Assembly (NCBI GenBank): GCA_963706025.1
Contig: CAVPLM010000005.1
Span: 832,001 to 896,000, forward strand
Direction of reading: 5' to 3'
DNA length: 64,000 nucleotides
Source of the DNA: an uncultured Actinomycetes bacterium
GTDB taxonomy: Bacteria > Actinomycetota > Thermoleophilia > RBG-16-64-13
Shown: positions 61,974 through 64,000 of the stretch, piece by piece
Numbering within the stretch: position 1 is the first letter of the stretch
How the letters are laid out: every line of letters begins with the position of its first letter
The notes under the pieces: generated by a model
Told to the model about the DNA's origin: nothing
Seen by the model: the letters and a program-made list of their open reading frames with translations, nothing else
Databases searched by the model: none
Made by a program: the position numbers and the translations under genes

Positions 61974-62339
61974 ATGGAGTGGACACTGTGGGATGTGATG
62001 TGGTCGATGATGATCTTCTTCTTCTGGATCATCTACATCGTGATCTTCATCAGGATCTTCATGGACATCTTCCACAGGAACGACATCAGCGGTGGGGCCA
62101 AGGCGGGCTGGTTCATCTTCCTCATCTTCCTACCTCTCATAGGGGCCATCGTGTACTTGGCCAAGCGGCCGAAGATGACCGAGCAGGACAAGCGCGAGAT
62201 GGAAGCGCTCCAGCAGCAGCAGCGTCGTCTAGCGGGGTATTCCGCGACTGAAGAGATCGCGAAGGCCCAGGCGCTGAAAGACTCGGGCGCCATCACCGAG
62301 GAAGAGTTCCAGGAGCTCAAGCGCAAGGCTATGGTCTAG
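61974..62339 (+). CDS. PLDc_N + SHOCT domain membrane protein (copy 2)
   Basis: Highly similar to 52745-53104 (RPKMTEQDKR, EEIAKAQALKDSGAITEEEFQ); AAGGAG RBS. Confidence 0.85.
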   Translation: MEWTLWDVMWSMMIFFFWIIYIVIFIRIFMDIFHRNDISGGAKAGWFIFLIFLPLIGAIVYLAKRPKMTEQDKREMEALQQQQRRLAGYSATEEIAKAQALKDSGAITEEEFQELKRKAMV

Positions 62340-62387
62340 AGTTCACTACACTCCGGCCGGATGTGGCTAGATGCGGCCGGCATAAGT

Positions 62388-62429
62388 ACAATGCAGCGGG
62401 CCGACCCGGGGGTCGGCCCGCTGCATTGT
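62388..62429. terminator. 19-bp-stem hairpin between convergent genes
   Basis: ACAATGCAGCGGGCCGACC-cggg-GGTCGGCCCGCTGCATTGT. Confidence 0.8.
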
Positions 62430-62499
62430 CTCAAAGGGATCGAGGTCCTCGCGCCTCGCCCGCCCCCGGTACCGGGGGACCCTTGAAGCTCTCAGTCCA

Positions 62500-62775
62500 C
62501 TAGATGCCCAGGGCTTCCTCAGCGCTCTCTACGGACTCCTCCAGGGTAGACTCAAGCGCTGATTCCTCCTCCGAAACCACCCCACGTTTCTTGTTTATGA
62601 CGTCCGTAGCCTTCGTCCTCACGTCCGAGGCGAGCCGCCGGGCTTCGGACGGAACGTCTGGCAACGAAGCGGGGATGCTCTTTCCGGTCTGCTGGGAGGA
62701 TGACCATGCGAGCGCGAAGACAGAAGCCAGCAAGCTGCCTATGAACGCCGCCAGAACCAAACGGGCAAAACTCAT
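62500..62775 (-). CDS. Small YtxH-like membrane-anchored protein
   Basis: AAGGAGG RBS; N-terminal TM followed by a helical acidic tail. Confidence 0.55.
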   Translation of the reverse strand: MSFARLVLAAFIGSLLASVFALAWSSSQQTGKSIPASLPDVPSEARRLASDVRTKATDVINKKRGVVSEEESALESTLEESVESAEEALGI

Positions 62776-62829
62776 ACTTCCTCCTTGTCGTCACCTTAGC
62801 TGTTGTGCAACAGAACCCTGTCTCCTGCA

Positions 62830-62853
62830 GTACCCCATTCCCCCGGAAACAAC
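62830..62853 (-). promoter_or_regulatory. SigB-like promoter candidate
   Basis: GTTGTT-N12-GGGTAC about 55 bp upstream of ATG 62775. Confidence 0.35.
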
Positions 62854-63007
62854 ACGCGCATCCGAACGCGCGCATTTGAAGCGGCGCCCGCCCGTCTACC
62901 CGCAGAGACAGAGCGCCGAGTGAAGGACTCGAAAGCGCCGGGTCGTATCTAGGGCTCTAACGCGCGGGACCTGGGGCCCGCCGCTCAACCGGTGTACGGG
63001 AGGGACG

Positions 63008-64000
63008 ATGTCCAGGTTCGCAATCCTGTTGCACGGGGGACCGGTCGATGCCAGCGAGGTCGCCCGGGTGAGGGACTCCCTCATTTTCGAACCCCCCGAC
63101 CTGCAGAAGCGGCTGATACGGTTCGGAGCCCTGCTTATACTGGCCTCGGCCATCGCCACCTATGGCCTCCTGGGCGACTCCGTGGCGACCGTGATCGGAG
63201 CCATGATCGTGGCGCCCCTGATGCTCCCGATCATGGGCCTAGCCTTCGGCATCACCATCGGGGACCGTAAGGCCATCCTCAGCTCGATACTGGTCGGACT
63301 GGCCGGTATCGCGGCAGCCATAGCGGTGGGTTTCGTCCTCGCCCAGACGATGTCCTCAGCCTTCGATCCCACCTCGAACTCGCAGATCATGGCCCGTACT
63401 TCCCCTCGTTTGGTCGATCTGGCGGCCGCACTCGCCACGGGGCTCGCCGGCGCGTTCGCCGCGGGACGCAAAGACATCTCCGACACGCTCCCCGGAGTGG
63501 CCATCGCCATTTCCCTGGTGCCGCCGCTGACCAATGTGGGTATCTTGCTGGCCGCCGGCCGGGCCGACCTAGCACTGGGAAGCTTCCTGCTCTTCGCAAC
63601 GAACTACTTCGCCATCGTTCTCACGGGCGTGTTCGTGTTTGCGCTGTTGGGCTACCCTGGAGCCGCCCTCATCACGAAATCGCTGCGCGCACGGCGCATA
63701 GCCGTCGCGCTCGTCATCGTCATGGTCCTGGTGATCGCGACGCCCCTGGCCATCACCAGCAACCAGATATACCAGGACAATGCGGCCGAAAGCCGCGCGG
63801 CCGACGCCACCAAAGCCTGGATCGAGGACTCGGACTACAGATACGTCTCCGTCACGGCCAAGGACGAAGTGGTGACTGTGGTGGTGGTCGGTGAAGGGGC
63901 CCTGCCGCCCGAGGAAGATCTGCGCGGGGAACTGACCGGCCGCCTCTACGGCATGAAGGTGCGCGTCGAAGCCCTGCCATCGCAGAGCTTTGAGTTCGAG
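63008..64000 (+). CDS. DUF389 (TIGR00341-like) membrane protein, 3' end runs off the window
   Basis: Manual translation: MSRFAILL...IATYGLLGDSVATVIGAMIVAPLMLPI...ARTSPRLVDL...LPGVAIAISLVPPL. Confidence 0.85.
   Translation, partial: MSRFAILLHGGPVDASEVARVRDSLIFEPPDLQKRLIRFGALLILASAIATYGLLGDSVATVIGAMIVAPLMLPIMGLAFGITIGDRKAILSSILVGLAGIAAAIAVGFVLAQTMSSAFDPTSNSQIMARTSPRLVDLAAALATGLAGAFAAGRKDISDTLPGVAIAISLVPPLTNVGILLAAGRADLALGSFLLFATNYFAIVLTGVFVFALLGYPGAALITKSLRARRIAVALVIVMVLVIATPLAITSNQIYQDNAAESRAADATKAWIEDSDYRYVSVTAKDEVVTVVVVGEGALPPEEDLRGELTGRLYGMKVRVEALPSQSFEFE

Noticed and set aside
1-64000. Stop-codon recoding (Sec/Pyl) or programmed frameshifting explaining split genes
   Set aside because: Breaks are frame changes, not in-frame stops, and lack slippery heptamers

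Overview
GC-rich bacterial window, probably Actinomycetota-like and possibly anaerobic (inferred from DUF3052/DUF1269/PASTA/SHOCT gene content and an anaerobic sulfatase maturase; not certain). About 55 protein genes. I saw no rRNA, tRNA, CRISPR array or transposase. The left part (1-27 kb) has a methylmalonyl-CoA mutase/propionyl-CoA carboxylase operon, an acyl-CoA synthetase, an ECF sigma/anti-sigma/radical SAM operon, envelope genes (WecA-like, PAP2, SLH protein), putA and a vapBC toxin-antitoxin pair. The right part (27-64 kb) is a membrane-protein-rich block: two Cys-type sulfatases, an anaerobic sulfatase maturase, SulP/SLC13/AbgT/BASS and three AI-2E transporters, glutaminase, an M20 peptidase, a ureohydrolase, a Vps62-like membrane protein, a kinase-less 6xPASTA protein, a holin-like/phosphodiesterase fusion and several small membrane proteins. 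Several units in this block share a SigF/SigB-type promoter motif (GGWWT-N16-GGGYA). Non-coding observations include two copies of a MITE-like element, a 35-bp direct repeat flanking one gene, and a diverged duplicated promoter region with a gene remnant. About 14 genes carry 1-2 nt indels, most likely long-read assembly errors. All family assignments come from motif recognition by eye; no database searches were run.
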